NCBI GenBank assembly: GCA_032718475.1
Contig: JAUCBJ010008494.1
Span: forward strand, 1-64,000
Source: Nemertoderma westbladi
Lineage: Eukaryota > Animalia > Xenacoelomorpha
Direction: 5' to 3'
Length of the DNA: 64,000 bases
Shown one piece after another: positions 35,358 through 47,878 of this stretch. The notes under the pieces are model-generated. The model saw only the letters and a list, made by a program, of their open reading frames with translations, did not search any database and had not been told where the DNA came from. Numbering within the stretch: position 1 is the first letter of the stretch; the number at the start of each line of letters is the position of its first letter. The position numbers were made by a program, and so were the translations under genes.

Positions 35358-35527
35358 TGAGTTTGTCGGTGGGTTCGTTGGTGGGTTCGAAGTCGAGTTC
35401 GTTGGCGGGTTCTTTGGCGGGTTCGAAGTCGAGTTCGTTGGCGGTTCGAAGTCGAGTTCGTTGGCGGGTTCGTTGGCGGGTTCGAAGTCGAGTTCGTTGG
35501 CGGGTTCTTTGGCGGGTTCGAAGTCGA
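35358..35527. repeat. 36-bp tandem repeat encoding (NPPTNSTS-like) units in the Gag N-terminus
   Basis: gagttcgttggcgggttc(g/t)ttggcgggttcgaagtc, ~5 units, one shortened to 23 bp. Confidence 0.9.
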
Positions 35528-35794
35528 AACGTTTGTTGGATCCAGCGTTGAATACACGATGGCGTCGAGATTCTCATGGAGAACAGCAGATCGCGAATGT
35601 AATTGACTTTCAGTTTGTAGTGAATTAGATCGAGCACGTTGAATTCTTTGGGTCCTCGAATCGCTAGGAAGTTTGAGACTTGCCGAATTAGCGCGACTCC
35701 GAGTGTTAACGTTAGCTTTCAAAGATACTTTAGCTTTTGGTATTCGTGTTGAGGTTGACATCCAAGGAACGGTAGCCGCTTGTCGATAAACACC

Positions 35795-35811
35795 TCCCGG
35801 ACGGGCCCCCA
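35795..35811 (-). promoter_or_regulatory. Primer binding site complementary to tRNA-Pro
   Basis: TGGGGGCCCGTCCGGGA 2 nt inside the 5' LTR, one mismatch from the canonical tRNA-Pro PBS TGGGGGCTCGTCCGGGA. Confidence 0.85.
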
Positions 35812-35813
35812 CA

Positions 35814-36214
35814 TGTGAGAGTTCACCCCAGGTCCCGGGATTCAGGGTCGATATGGTTTGTTGTAAATATACAATTTCTTAAAGTTACAGACTTTATTTT
35901 CATTTGCTAAAAGTATCAGCGACAATACATACGGAAATACTACATAAATACAAAAACAAAACCTACACCAACCCACAACCTCGGACTCTACACTCTCGAT
36001 ACGGTACTGCCTATATCAAACCCCGTGCACAGAGCTCCAAATAGATGTAAACCACAGCTGTTTTACCTGTTAAGTGAATACAGGCTGTTAGCGATAAGCC
36101 TAACAATAGAGTGACACATTTCCATCTGGGTCCACAATAGAGCTCTGCACAATATCCCAAATCAACTCAACCAATATCCCCAGGATGAGGCACCCTATGA
36201 GACGTACTATCACA
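35814..36214 (-). repeat. Gypsy 5' LTR
   Basis: Direct repeat of 29111-29511. Confidence 0.95.
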
Positions 36215-37622
36215 CACGCACATATCCAAAAATTCCCTAATCAATAATGTACGATATATTTCAGTGTCATATTCGTCATCAGCATCCCAAAAAACCTACA
36301 TGGTCATAAAATCAATTTGATTTAATTAAGGATAAATAAATCTAGTTTGTAATGCAAAACATGATTCAAAAGTGTTCATCCGTGGGAGTTAGTGTGGAGT
36401 CCCCCTTGCCTTGTACGTAAAAACAAGAGAAGGAAGCAAGTGAAAGAGTACCTTTTAATATTGCCTCCAGTAGTGCTTCATATATATAAATTTACATTAC
36501 CACGAATTATTATGAACCCGAATTTGTGGGGCAAAGGGCTTTAAAATTTACATCACAAATCAATATCGCCGCAGGCTGGCTTCCCCATCCATTGCATTAG
36601 CTACAGTACTGTCTGGCCAGCAGACATAGATTATTCGCCTTCAAGCTCGATATATTGCCTTCTCTAACAATGGCATCGCCGTTCACTCCATGTAAATAAT
36701 TAAATGTTCTAGAATATTTTATAGACAGCACGAATTCGCTGCCTAACTGCAGAGGGGAAATGTTCCTACAACTGGCGTTATAAATTCCATGAGATAATTT
36801 TAATCAATATTGATGGTGTCATTTGTATGATGTTAGCACAACTTTTACATGTTAGCAGAACTCCAGTCAATGATTTTTTAATGTTCAAGAAAAGGACGCT
36901 AAAGGGATACACGATTTTTTTCCCTCACATTTCAGGTATTGAAAAGTGGCACTTGTGCTAACATTACAGAGTACATGGGGACCCTATCAAAATGTCGGAC
37001 ACATGTCCCTGATCAAATGTCAGCTCAACTTGTTACCACTATTTTTTGTCACCACAACTGCCATTTTTGATAGCCAAATGTTAGCACAACTCCACGTCCA
37101 TATCATACCATAGGTTTGTAAGCTATAGCCGTTATTTAAACCGGTTAAAGCCTAGGTTATAATAATTTACAGTGATTAACAGAAAATAACAGCCGCAATT
37201 AAAATCTAATTAATTTTCATTTCTTTTATTATTTTTATTAATTAATAATTGATTCGAGTCACAACAAATTATGTCATAGGGAGTACATGAGTCAGTGGTC
37301 TCAGTGCTATTTGCTGTATATTATTAGTTTGGGGTGCCGACAGCGACAGACCACTAACAAAGTAAAGGCATAGCATGTGTAATGGCTCTTAGCTTATGCC
37401 GCCCCAGCATGTAAAACCAATTATCTGCTGTGGAATGGAATTCCACGAAATTTCGAAATTTACTAAAGTCTTCCCAAGAAATTAGACAGCCAACTAACCC
37501 ACACACAGGAGGCCGCCAACCAAAGAGATTGGCCTCCTGGCACTGAGCTTCGAGCTTGCCTAGTCGCAAAGGAACTATGCAGGTAGTAATGTGTACTAAA
37601 CAATACTAATGGCTACAATACA

Positions 37623-38981
37623 TTATAACTTGTGGGGCGAGCCACGAAGTTGGCGGAGCATTAGCGAATTGACACTGTTAGGGGGTGGGTCAATTTATGC
37701 AAATAGTTGTCGTCGTCGTCGTCGTCGTTGTTGTCGTCGTCGTCGTCGTCGTCGTTGTCGTCGTCGTCGTCGTTACGATTTTGACATGCTAATAACTTTG
37801 TCGGATTTAAAGCTGCCAAGTTGAAAATTTGTAGGTATCAATATGAGAAAAAGTTGAGATTTTTGAGAGACTTTCAGACACCATCAGTGCAATGGTCTCC
37901 CGCTAGAGGGCCACATGTCTAAACATTAAATGCCCTCCCATTTCTTTGCTTTTAATCCGTTTAAGCTGAAACTTGGCAGATATGTATTAGACCATTAGCT
38001 GTGACTTTCAAAGGAGGCGAATCCATCTGCAGTTCTCCAGTCTGCCGCTAGAGGGCCAAAGGTCTGAAAGTGAAATCGTTGTCGTCGTTACGATTTTGAC
38101 ATGCTAATAACTTTGTCGGATTTAAAGCTGCCAAGTTGAAAATTTGTAGGTATCAATATGAGCTAAAGTTGAGATTTTTGAGAGACTTTCAGACACCATC
38201 AGTGCAATGGTCTCCCGCTAGAGGGCCACATGTCTAAACATTAAATGCCCTCCCATTTCTTTGCTTTTAATCCGTTTAAGCTGAAACTTGGCAGATATGT
38301 ATTAGACCATTAGCTGTGACTTTCAAAGGAGGCGAATCCATCTGCAGTTCTCCAGTCTGCCGCTAGAGGGCCAAATGTCTGAAAGTGAAATCGTTGTCGT
38401 CGTTATGCTATATTGACATGCTTATAACTTTGTCGAATTTAAAGCTGCCAAGTTGAAAATTTGTTTTGTTGAAAATCAGTTCAACAGTCACCCGCTATAG
38501 GACTACTTTATGCCTGAAAGTGAATAGATTCTCCCGTCTCATTGATTTTAATCAGTTTAAGCTGAATCTTGCCATATATTCTGGACCACATGCTGCGTCT
38601 TTGTGGGGGGGGGGGGGGGGGGGGGGGGGGGGAGAGATTTAATCGGTCTGCCGCTATACGACGAAATTTCTGAAAGTGAGATCCGTCTCTCATTTCGTTA
38701 TCCGTTATTCAAGATGAAACTTGGCCGATGTACAGTACGTATGTACTATTCATCCATAGGCTGTGTCTTTGTGGGGCTGGAGACCCTAATCCATCTTCAG
38801 TTCTCACTATACCGCTAGAGTCAGAAATGTCTGAATAGAAATGAAAGAGGTAAAAAGTGATTAGGCGAAATCTGCTTAAAATTTGCTAATACAGTAATAC
38901 TTTCGAATTAGTACTTAAATTAAATTTAAGTCACGTGCTGCGCGAAGGCCCCACTTCGTGTAAGCTTGTACAATTATATAG
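37623..38981 (+). mobile_element. Helentron/DINE-like non-autonomous element with (GTC)n microsatellite and a 315-bp tandem core
   Basis: Sub-terminal GTGGGGC (37632) and GCCCCAC (38948) inverted pair; (CGT)n at 37708-37773; core repeats starting 37773, 38088 and ~38403. Confidence 0.65.
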
Positions 38982-39599
38982 TCATAGTCCACAATTATGT
39001 ACATAAATAGTTTACTTTAAAACAAATTAGATTTTCAATAAAATTACCTTATCAGATTATTAAAATTAAATTACGTACATTTTTAGAAGGTATTTTAGGG
39101 GGTGCGCTGGCGTTAGCGCTTGGATTTATTTATTTCTTTATTTACATTTATTAGTATAATTAGAGACAGGGGCAGGAAGGAAGCTTGTCGATTTTACACA
39201 ATTACTGTATAAGCAAATGCAATGCAACAGCAGCCATCGCGCTGCTACGTCAATGGAGGTCTTTGGCCTTGATTCTGATTTAAGGAACATTAAAACTAAT
39301 TTCTAATATAACAATAATAATTTTCAAATATTACAAAGGATGTTTTTCTGAACTAATTGTTAGTGTAATAATAGGCCCTGCCCTACAAGAACAAGACTCA
39401 GTCTGGGACACTACCACAACACTGCCACACATACCGGCAAATCACTCGAAACGCTAACGTGCTCTTTTTCGTCCAAAGTGCTAACTGTTCCAGACGCATG
39501 CAAATCAACTATACACCTAACTAACAAATTCTCTGGAAGGTCGCTAGAGTACAAGGGTGGTAAAGACTACACATATACCATAGCCCTAACTGCATTGTA

Positions 39600-39853
39600 T
39601 ATTAATGTTGTGCTAACTGCAAACCTGAACAGTATTACTATACACCTAACTGCAAGGTCTAATTAATGTTGTGCTAACTGCAAACCTGAACAGTATTACT
39701 ATACACCTAACTGCAAGGTCTAATTAATGTTGTGCTAACTGCAAACCCGAACAGTATTATTATACACCTAACTGCATGGTCAAATTAATGTTGTGCTAAT
39801 TGCAAACCCGAACAGTATTATTATACACCTGACTGCATGGTTTATTCATGTTG
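39600..39853. repeat. 61-bp minisatellite, ~4 copies
   Basis: attaatgttgtgctaactgcaaacctgaacagtattactatacacctaactgcaaggtcta repeated. Confidence 0.92.
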
Positions 39854-41074
39854 TAGGCCTACTAACTAAGTGTTTAAACAGTCATTCGTCTCGTGATCCT
39901 TATTTTGGCATTCGGCCAATTCGCATTCGTGGGACCATGGAGCCCATAGGATACCCGAAAGATAATTGAAGAGTATCAAAAAAGAAAGATAGGCATCTGG
40001 CTGTTATCTTTGTTGACTTCTGCAAGGCCTTTGATTCAGTCTCTCTCTCACGTATGTTCAGCATACTTTCATTATATGGGATTCCTGATGAAATTATTGC
40101 AGCAATCAGATCAGTATACGATGGTTCGACAACATTTGTGTCTACTGCTGACGGTGACAGAGAACCATTTGAAGTGTAATGGGATGTCCTCCAGGGAGAC
40201 ACACTTGCACCATTCTTGTTCATAATTGTGGTTGACTATGTTCTACGCACGTCCTTAGATCATCATAATGATGATGGGGTGATGATAACTACACCTACTG
40301 GCTCCAGAAGTCGAGGAAATCCTGCCAAGTATCTATCTGATCTAGACTTTGCTGATGACTTAGGAGTACTCTCAGAATCACTAGAGGGAGCCCAACGGCT
40401 CCTCAGCTCATTAGAACATGCTGCTTCTAGTGTTGGTCTTTTTATTAACTCCAGAAAGACCACAATTTTGACAGTTAACTTTGAAAGTCCTCAGCAAGTC
40501 TCTGATCGGATGAGCATAAGCTCAAAGGATGGTATGCTTGAGCATGTGGACGACTTCTGTTACCTGGGATCATGGATCTGGAAGTCAGATCAGGACCTTC
40601 GAATACGTAAGGGAAAGCATTGGGCAGCCTTGAATATGCTTTGCAGGATTTGGAAGTCACCGAGAATTAATCGGAAACTTAAGGTCCGTTTATTTAGAGC
40701 AGCAGTAGTTCCAGTACCTCTCTATGAGAGTCCATGTTGGGCTCTAACTGCTGAGGACACCAAATCTCTGGATGGCACATTCACAAGAATGCTACGCCGG
40801 GTACATTGTGTCAAGTACAATGCACACATCTCCAACCAGACACTAGATAACATTGGAGGTGTCTCATTGGTTTCCCCAAGCTTGACACTAGAACAAAATC
40901 GCCTCCGCTTTGCAGGACATTGCTTTCGCCGTGAGGACCAGCCAGTGCATAAACTTATACTTTGGCAGCCTCATGGACTGAATAAGCATGGTGGACAGCC
41001 CATGACTTTCTTGAGACGCATCTTAAAGGACACTGGCCTTGAAGATGCGGATGGTCTAGCAAATGTCATGGGTG

Positions 41075-42350
41075 CAGGGTTGATAAAAATCATGATTTTT
41101 TTTTAATCAAAAAAATCAGATTTTTTTTTATTTAAATCAGATTTATTTGATTTAAATCAGATTTTTTTTCATTTAAATCGGGTGACTACAAAGCAAAGAC
41201 CCAAATAATAAAGACCTGTATGAAACACATTCGTTTATTGTTTTGGTTCCCCAAACACGCCTCTGTAACCTGCTCCTTTACTAACCTGCTCCTGTAAATG
41301 GCAATGGGACCTAACGCTATATGGCAATGGGACCTAATCCCCTTTAGGACGTAACGCGATTTTATATATTTGTTTTGTACAGGTGCCAAAGAGCGTTAGG
41401 TTACATTGCATTTAAAGGAACAGGTTAGTAAAGGAGCATGTTACAGAGGCTTGTTGGGGGAACCAAAACAATAAACGAAAGTTAACACATGTTTCAAAGA
41501 TTATGAAGGTCTTTATTATTTAGGTCTTTGGTCTTTGTTTTGTAGTCACCCATTTAAATCACTTTTTTCTTATTTAAATCAGATTTTTTTTATTTAAATC
41601 GGATTTTATATTTAAACAATAGGAAGACTTTTGGCTTCATCACTGCACTAATGTTTAAAAAAAAACCGAAAAACCGGGATCCCAGCGAAATATCGAATCC
41701 CGATTTCGACTTTTTTGAAACGGGATCCCGAAGTTTAAATGGTTAAATAAATTTGTTAAACATCTATAAAAAAAAGTTCCAGCAGAACGGAAATGTTTTG
41801 ATTATATCTAATTTTTATTTCAGTAAACCATCCAGTAATCAATTATAAGATAATTTTAATATAACTTTATCTTACTAATATTTCAGGAGTGTAAAATAAA
41901 GTGAGTGTTACTGAAAACCTGCCTCATATACTATTAACTTTGATGAATTTAATCCAAAATTGCAATACCGATCCCGTAAAACGGGATCTCGAGAGGAATA
42001 ATCCCGGTCCCGATCCCGGAAATCCCGAAAAGTCTGAATTCGAATATAAACTAAATAAACAACAAACTGAATAGAACTCTGAAGTACAAGTTAATTAATG
42101 GGCCTGTGAATACTGTATGGTATTGGAAATGCGAGATGATACTGTATTTTCATGTAAATATTTAGGTAATTTGAATCATTTATTAATAATCAGTAATGCA
42201 ATGTTTATCCTGGCCTTAAAGCATGATTGATAAAATTCATGATTTAAAAAAAATCAAAACTATCTCATTTTTTTTTATTTTTATATATGTGATTTAAATC
42301 ATGATTTAAATCAATGATTTAAATCAAATGATTTAATTCAAACAACCCTG
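41075..42350. mobile_element. Non-autonomous hAT transposon
   Basis: TIR CAGGGTTG/CAACCCTG, 8-bp TSD CATGGGTG (41067-41074, 42351-42358) and subterminal gatttaaatc repeats. Confidence 0.92.
41180..41550. mobile_element. MITE with 9-bp TSD (Mutator-like) nested in the hAT
   Basis: TIR gggtgactacaaa.caaagacc / ggtctttgttttgtagtcaccc; ATTTAAATC at 41171-41179 and 41551-41559. Confidence 0.85.
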
Positions 42351-43365
42351 CATGGGTGATAGGGAGTTGTGGCGGCGCAATTTTGTCGACAAGCCGGCAC
42401 AGCATTTTTAAAATGAAGCTGCAATGCAGCATGCCGATCCTAGCTAGTTGGCATTCGGGATACCTGATTTTTCATTTACCAGAAAAACTTGTCAAAGATT
42501 ACAGTAGTGACGATATGAAACTTGGTTTTGAAAATTTCAGATCAGTTTATAGGTCTATTTATTGCAAGGGAATGATATATGGCTGGACACATTCGTCGGT
42601 TCAAAACAAAACTTGGGAAAAAGACTCCTGGGAAAATTCTAAGAGATACAAAATATCAAAATTGCCGTAGCTCCTATATAATAATTCAAGGCTATTCATT
42701 TGAATCAGTGCAATGAGATGAGTCATATTTCAGTTAATGATGCAACTAATGCTTCATATTTTTCATCAAAATTATTATTATACAGTATATCTTGTGTTTT
42801 ATCAGTGTCCACGATATATTAGTTAGGTGCGGCTCCAATTCTTGGACTGTGTTAATTTATTTTCCCCCGGCACTTTAGAATTATCCGGATTGGTTTTGAA
42901 ACGTTGCTTTAATATGAGAATTTCACTATGACTCCTTTCATTATCTTTTCATAAGATCAAAATTTCTAAAATGATCGCATAATTAACATTTTTATATTTA
43001 ATTTCTCCTACGCGGATAGAATTCACTCAAGGGAATTATTTATGTGGGTTTAAGTTACTCTGAGCAGCCTATCATTATAGTGAATTTTAATTGTTTTGAA
43101 TTTTAACAATTGTTAATTATTAATCTGACGCATATTATATTTATTGTTTCACTAACTAATTTCACCAATTTACAACCCAAATTAAATTTGCCACAGTTTG
43201 AGTTTGTGTTTTATGTATTTTATTATATCTCAACAATAGACGAAACGAGGAAATATTCTAATAACGATTGTCTATCTATGTGTAAGTTTTCCATTTCACC
43301 ATTCTTATTCGTTTCAGTCTGGGAATAAATTTCGGTTTGCCTATGTTTCATTAGACTAGTTGTCA

Positions 43366-43606
43366 ATGTCCAGGTAAGAAACCATTAGGTTTCCATGACA
43401 ATACAAAATTATCGGGTTAGGACTTTGTATAAAGTACTTTCAAAAGAAAGTATAAGTTAGGACTTTAGCGCTCCCGGAGTTTATGCAAACGGTTTTATTT
43501 TTGTGTTCGATGTGAAATTGGTTATTTGCGAAACTGAGGGGTATTCGCAATCAATATTTTCGGTCTTACAATCATTTAGCACTTAGTACAAATTGAATAT
43601 AAGTGT
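43366..43606 (+). repeat. ~240-280-bp direct repeat (second copy 44601-44885)
   Basis: atgtccaggtaagaaaccatta.gtttccatgacaataca...ggtctta.aatcatttagcactt in both. Confidence 0.88.
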
Positions 43607-45533
43607 GATTGACTAACCAACGAAAATTAAAATAACACGAGAGAAAGTAAAAAACATTATTGATAATAGGTAAAAAAAATTAAAATATAGCAGACAATAA
43701 AAGTCAGAAAACCCAACGTAATGATTTATGTAAAGGAACTTTCATATTTTACCGATTTATAACTGATGTTACACGAATAATGATTGAATTGTATTATTTT
43801 TTCCTGCAAATATTGTAAATTGATAAAAGTGAAACTATAACTATTTTACATGATTGTGTGAAAGGTTTCACATAAGCAGTATTTATGTACCGAGCGAGGG
43901 TGGCGAGGGATGTTTCCATAAATATACAAGGGTCATTCATTCATAAACGTTGACAGTGCCCTTTTCACAAAATGGTGCCATTTTGTTAAATTATGTCAAT
44001 TTAAGGGCGTTCTGAATGCTTAATTATTAGCGTTAATATTGTAATGTTTGGGAATATTAATGAAATTCATATCCTTTTTATGCAATCAACTCAACTCAAC
44101 AATCAAACAGTTGGTACATCAACTAAACCTTCTTCGCGTTACCAACTTCGCCTACAATCAATGGTTATCAGTAATGGGAAATACTATCAATATTTGTTAT
44201 AGAAGTTTATTGTTACTAAGTTAGTGATTATTACTTAGCTGCGTTACGAGGATATCACCACATCGAGAAGTTGTTAATTTTCATAAAAATAGCGCACGTT
44301 TAGGTACGCCTATAATGCACTAATTATTGCAATTTACCTGCTATAAAAGAAAAGGCAACTTTGTGGAATAAAATTACGCATTACTCTACATAAAAACAAA
44401 TAGAGTTTTCTCTTTAACCATAAAATTGTTTTACTAATATTTTCACAAATTTAGAACCTCAATTTGGGGTATCTCAACAATTAGACCGGATGAATTTTGA
44501 AGTAACGATTGTCAATATATCTAGGTATTTCCATTCCACGGCAATCACTCACTACATAATAATATGTCACCTGTGCAATAAATTGAAATACATTGTATGG
44601 ATGTCCAGGTAAGAAACCATTACGTTTCCATGACAATACACAGTTATCGGGTTAGGACTTTGTATAGAGTACTTTCAAAGACTATCTAAAAGTAATAAGT
44701 TAAGACTTTAGCGCCCCGGCAGTTTGTGCAAAACGCTTTTATTATTTGGTTATACGTGTACAATTGGCTATTCGCGAAACGGAGGGGTATTCGCAATTAA
44801 CATTCAGCGAGTTAGCGTATTAGGGTATTTGCGGTCTTATAATCATTTAGCACTTGGTAATTGGTACAAATGGAATGTAAGTGTAAGAAGTGTGTTTGTA
44901 AGTTAGCATTATGGCCATTCCATACTCTTGAGTGTTTAAGTGTGTTTGAAAAGTATCAGTTCCCATGATGCCGCTAAGGGGGGCCAAGTTTTTCATACAC
45001 ATGACACACTGGACTGCAAAAGTGGTAAAATGCTAACTTGTGGGAAATGGTCTAAAAAACGTTTTGACAAAGTTTCAGATTGCAAGGACCACGAGTTAGC
45101 ACTTTGAGTTAGCACTTTGGAAAAGTTAGCACAATAGCGGAAAAAGAGCTTGCAAAGTTAGCCCTTTGGTATATTTGCCAACACATGTAAATCCAATCGC
45201 TGTCCATCCACAAAGTCAAGCAAGCTCCATCCACTGCCCTCTCAGTCACATAGCGACTTGGCCATTAACAAAAGCCAGTTCTCGGCGGGAATCTGAGTTC
45301 AAAGGCTTGCCGCAGTTGAGAGATGTAAACTGTTACCTTGAAATCATTCCAATGTCATTTCAATATGAGACAGAAAGTCTGGAATTTCGGTGCGTCGATT
45401 TCAAGGTCATTTCAATATGCCATCAATGTCATTTCAATGTCAATTCTACTTTCAATGATATTCTATGGACACATTTTGATCAAACCTTTATCAAAAGGAA
45501 TGCTTTTTGAGAGCGGGACTGTATATATTTCGA

Positions 45534-45654
45534 TCCGGACAATTCCGACCCGGACAATTCCGACCTAAGGCAATTCCGTCCCGGACAATTCCGACCCATG
45601 AAAATTTAATTCGATCTCTATGTGGGTCGGAATTGACCGGGTCGGAATTGTCCT
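45534..45654. mobile_element. Small MITE-like palindromic element
   Basis: (ggacaattccgacc)n versus (ggtcggaattgtcc)n. Confidence 0.6.
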
Positions 45655-46707
45655 AGCTTTATTTTAATTAATTATTTATTTTTATTTTTGAATGGAACAA
45701 GTAATTTTTCTAATTCAAAAAGACAACCTAAATACACCCCGGTGTGGATGCGTTATGCGATTGAGCGGATAATGCATTAACTGTGCTAAATAATATAATA
45801 GATTTATTCAGAAGTGGAAAAATATGGACGTTAGACCTGACCCCATAAAATCACATTGTACATGTAACTATTTTAATCTGGTTTACCTTAAATAATCATA
45901 AAAAAAATTATATTATTCCACAAAATTGCATTTTTAACTGATTTATAACCGGAATTTTTGCAATAAGATAAGACTGAAACATGCAAATTTTTAGTGTTTT
46001 TGATGAAGAAAGGACAATGAGGTCTATGGTGGAATTAGTATCCACGACATTACATACAACAATAGGCCCCTACTCAAATGACAATAAATTGGCACTTTAG
46101 ACTTTTCAACACAAATTATTAAACTATTAATTGACGTTAACCATGCGGCGTGGCATCCTCGAACCAAACCCATTTCGCCATTTAGTGCCCATACCCATCC
46201 CATAACCACACAAAACCTCTTATACCACTAATTGTGTAGTTCTGGGTGGTTCTTTCGGAAGATTAAATACTTCGCTTTTAATCCTAAAAATGGCGGACAT
46301 TCTTGTGCCCTATATGCCAATTACTGCGGTCTACCCATTATGGGGGCGAAAAACCTTGTTCAATATAATACATTCATTATTATTCATCATACAGTATGTC
46401 ATGTAGTTATTCTAATACGCAATAATTTTATTGTCCGTTTAAATCCTTTTTTTGTCCTTTTTTTTATTTTTTATGTCCTCCAAAAATCTAATGTTAGGTT
46501 CCATGCTACCGGTTTCTCTACTGCTGTTCTCTCAGGCTATCAGTACCGGTATTAGTATATATAGCACTATTTTGCTGTATTGTATGTACAGATGTAGGTA
46601 TAAAGCAGGGATTTCTGTATTTTAGTACCGGTACCGGCACCGGTACTGCTATAGGCCTACTGTGTAGCCTACCATTTAAATACGGTACTGGTAGGCCTAC
46701 CGGCTGA

Positions 46708-47326
46708 CCGGTTGTTTTGGTTAGAAAATCCCGCCTCATCTGTAACCTGCTCCTTTGCCTGATTTGGTAAAGTGACCGTTTATTGTTTTGGTTAGAAAGG
46801 CCCGCCTCTGTAACCTGCTCCTTTCCTTCATTTGGTAAAGTGACTGTTTATTGTTTAGGTTAGAAAATCCCGCCTCTAACCTGCCCCTTTCCCTCAATTA
46901 ATTAAGTGATCGTTTATTGTTTTGTTTAGGAAATCCCGCCTCTGTAACCTGCTCCTTTCCCTGATTTGGTAAAGTGACTGTTTATTGTTTTGGTTAGAAA
47001 ATCCCGCTTCTGTAACCTGCTCCTTTCTCTCAATTGGTAATGTTATCGTTTATTGTTTTGGTTAGAAAATCCCGTCTCTGTAACCTGCTCCTTTCCCTGA
47101 TTTGGTAAAGTGACTGTTTATTGTTTTGGTTAGAAAATCCCGCATCTGTAACCTGCTCCTTTCTCTCAATTGGTAATGTTATCGTTTATTGTTTTGGTTA
47201 GAAAATCCCGACTCTGTAACCTGCTCCTTTCCCTCAATTAGTTAAATGATCGTTTATTGTTTTGGTTAGAAAATCCCGCCTCAGTAAGCTCCTTTCCCTG
47301 ATTTGGTATAGTGACTGTTTATTGTT
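46708..47326. repeat. ~62-bp tandem array (~10 units) with alternating variants
   Basis: gtttattgttttggttagaaaatcccgcctctgtaacctgctcctttccct... repeated. Confidence 0.92.
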
Positions 47327-47329
47327 TGT

Positions 47330-47597
47330 TTTGGCACAGGCATAGTGAAACCAACTGTCCGACAGACCAGAAATCAACAAATTTTGAATGTTTTGGCATA
47401 GGTATGTTGAAATCAACTGTCTGACAGTCCAGAAATCAGCAGTCCGACAGTTTGAAGAAATACATACCGGTATATAAAAAGTCATTAAAAGGACAATAAA
47501 AGTCATTGAAAGGACAACAAAAGTCATTATGCACAATTCGTAAAAAAAAGGAGGACAAAAAAAGTCAAATAAAAGGACATAAAAAATCACTGCCATT
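47330..47597. repeat. Interspersed repeat; inverted copy at 60503-60707
   Basis: ttttggcacaggcatagtgaaa...aaaaaatcactgccatt is the reverse complement of 60503-60707. Confidence 0.85.
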
Positions 47598-47878
47598 CTA
47601 ATATTAGTTACAGGTACCAAAAATATAGATTGCTATGCATTGTTACGGATTTCAATAATAATAATAAGGCTTCTTACTGACAATTAGCTCAAGTAAGGTC
47701 ATATGGTCAGTGGCAAGCAGTGAAGCTTAATTTTGTAGAATTAATCATCATATTCTTTTTTCTCATGTAAGCGATTACATTCCACTCTACATTCCAACCT
47801 AAAATGGGAAAGGTAGCTGTTAATTTACGTGTCTTATATTGTCTGCCAGCCCGTCCAAAATCTGACCACAATAGAAAA

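Larger units (their letters stand above)
29111..36214 (-). mobile_element. Ty3/Gypsy LTR retrotransposon, structurally complete and recent
   Basis: 401-bp TG...CA LTRs (29111-29511, 35814-36214) with 4 visible substitutions; TSD CACG; PPT; PBS; gag-PR-RT-RH-IN order. Confidence 0.95.
28281..36384. mobile_element. Possible non-autonomous DNA element (Chapaev-like CACGG...CCGTG ends) hosting the Gypsy insertion
   Basis: The internal repeat gtgtcatattcgt.atcagc.tccc.aaaacc occurs on both sides of the provirus (~28989, ~36263) and inverted near 28658. Termini are inferred and no TSD was found. Confidence 0.35.
39927..42447 (+). mobile_element. 5'-truncated RTE copy interrupted by a hAT element
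   Basis: RT homology 39927-41074 resumes at 42351 (atagggagttgtggcgg...gccgatcctag). Confidence 0.92.

Noticed and set aside
37609-37824. Arg-rich protamine-like ORF
   Set aside because: Translation of a (CGT)n microsatellite.
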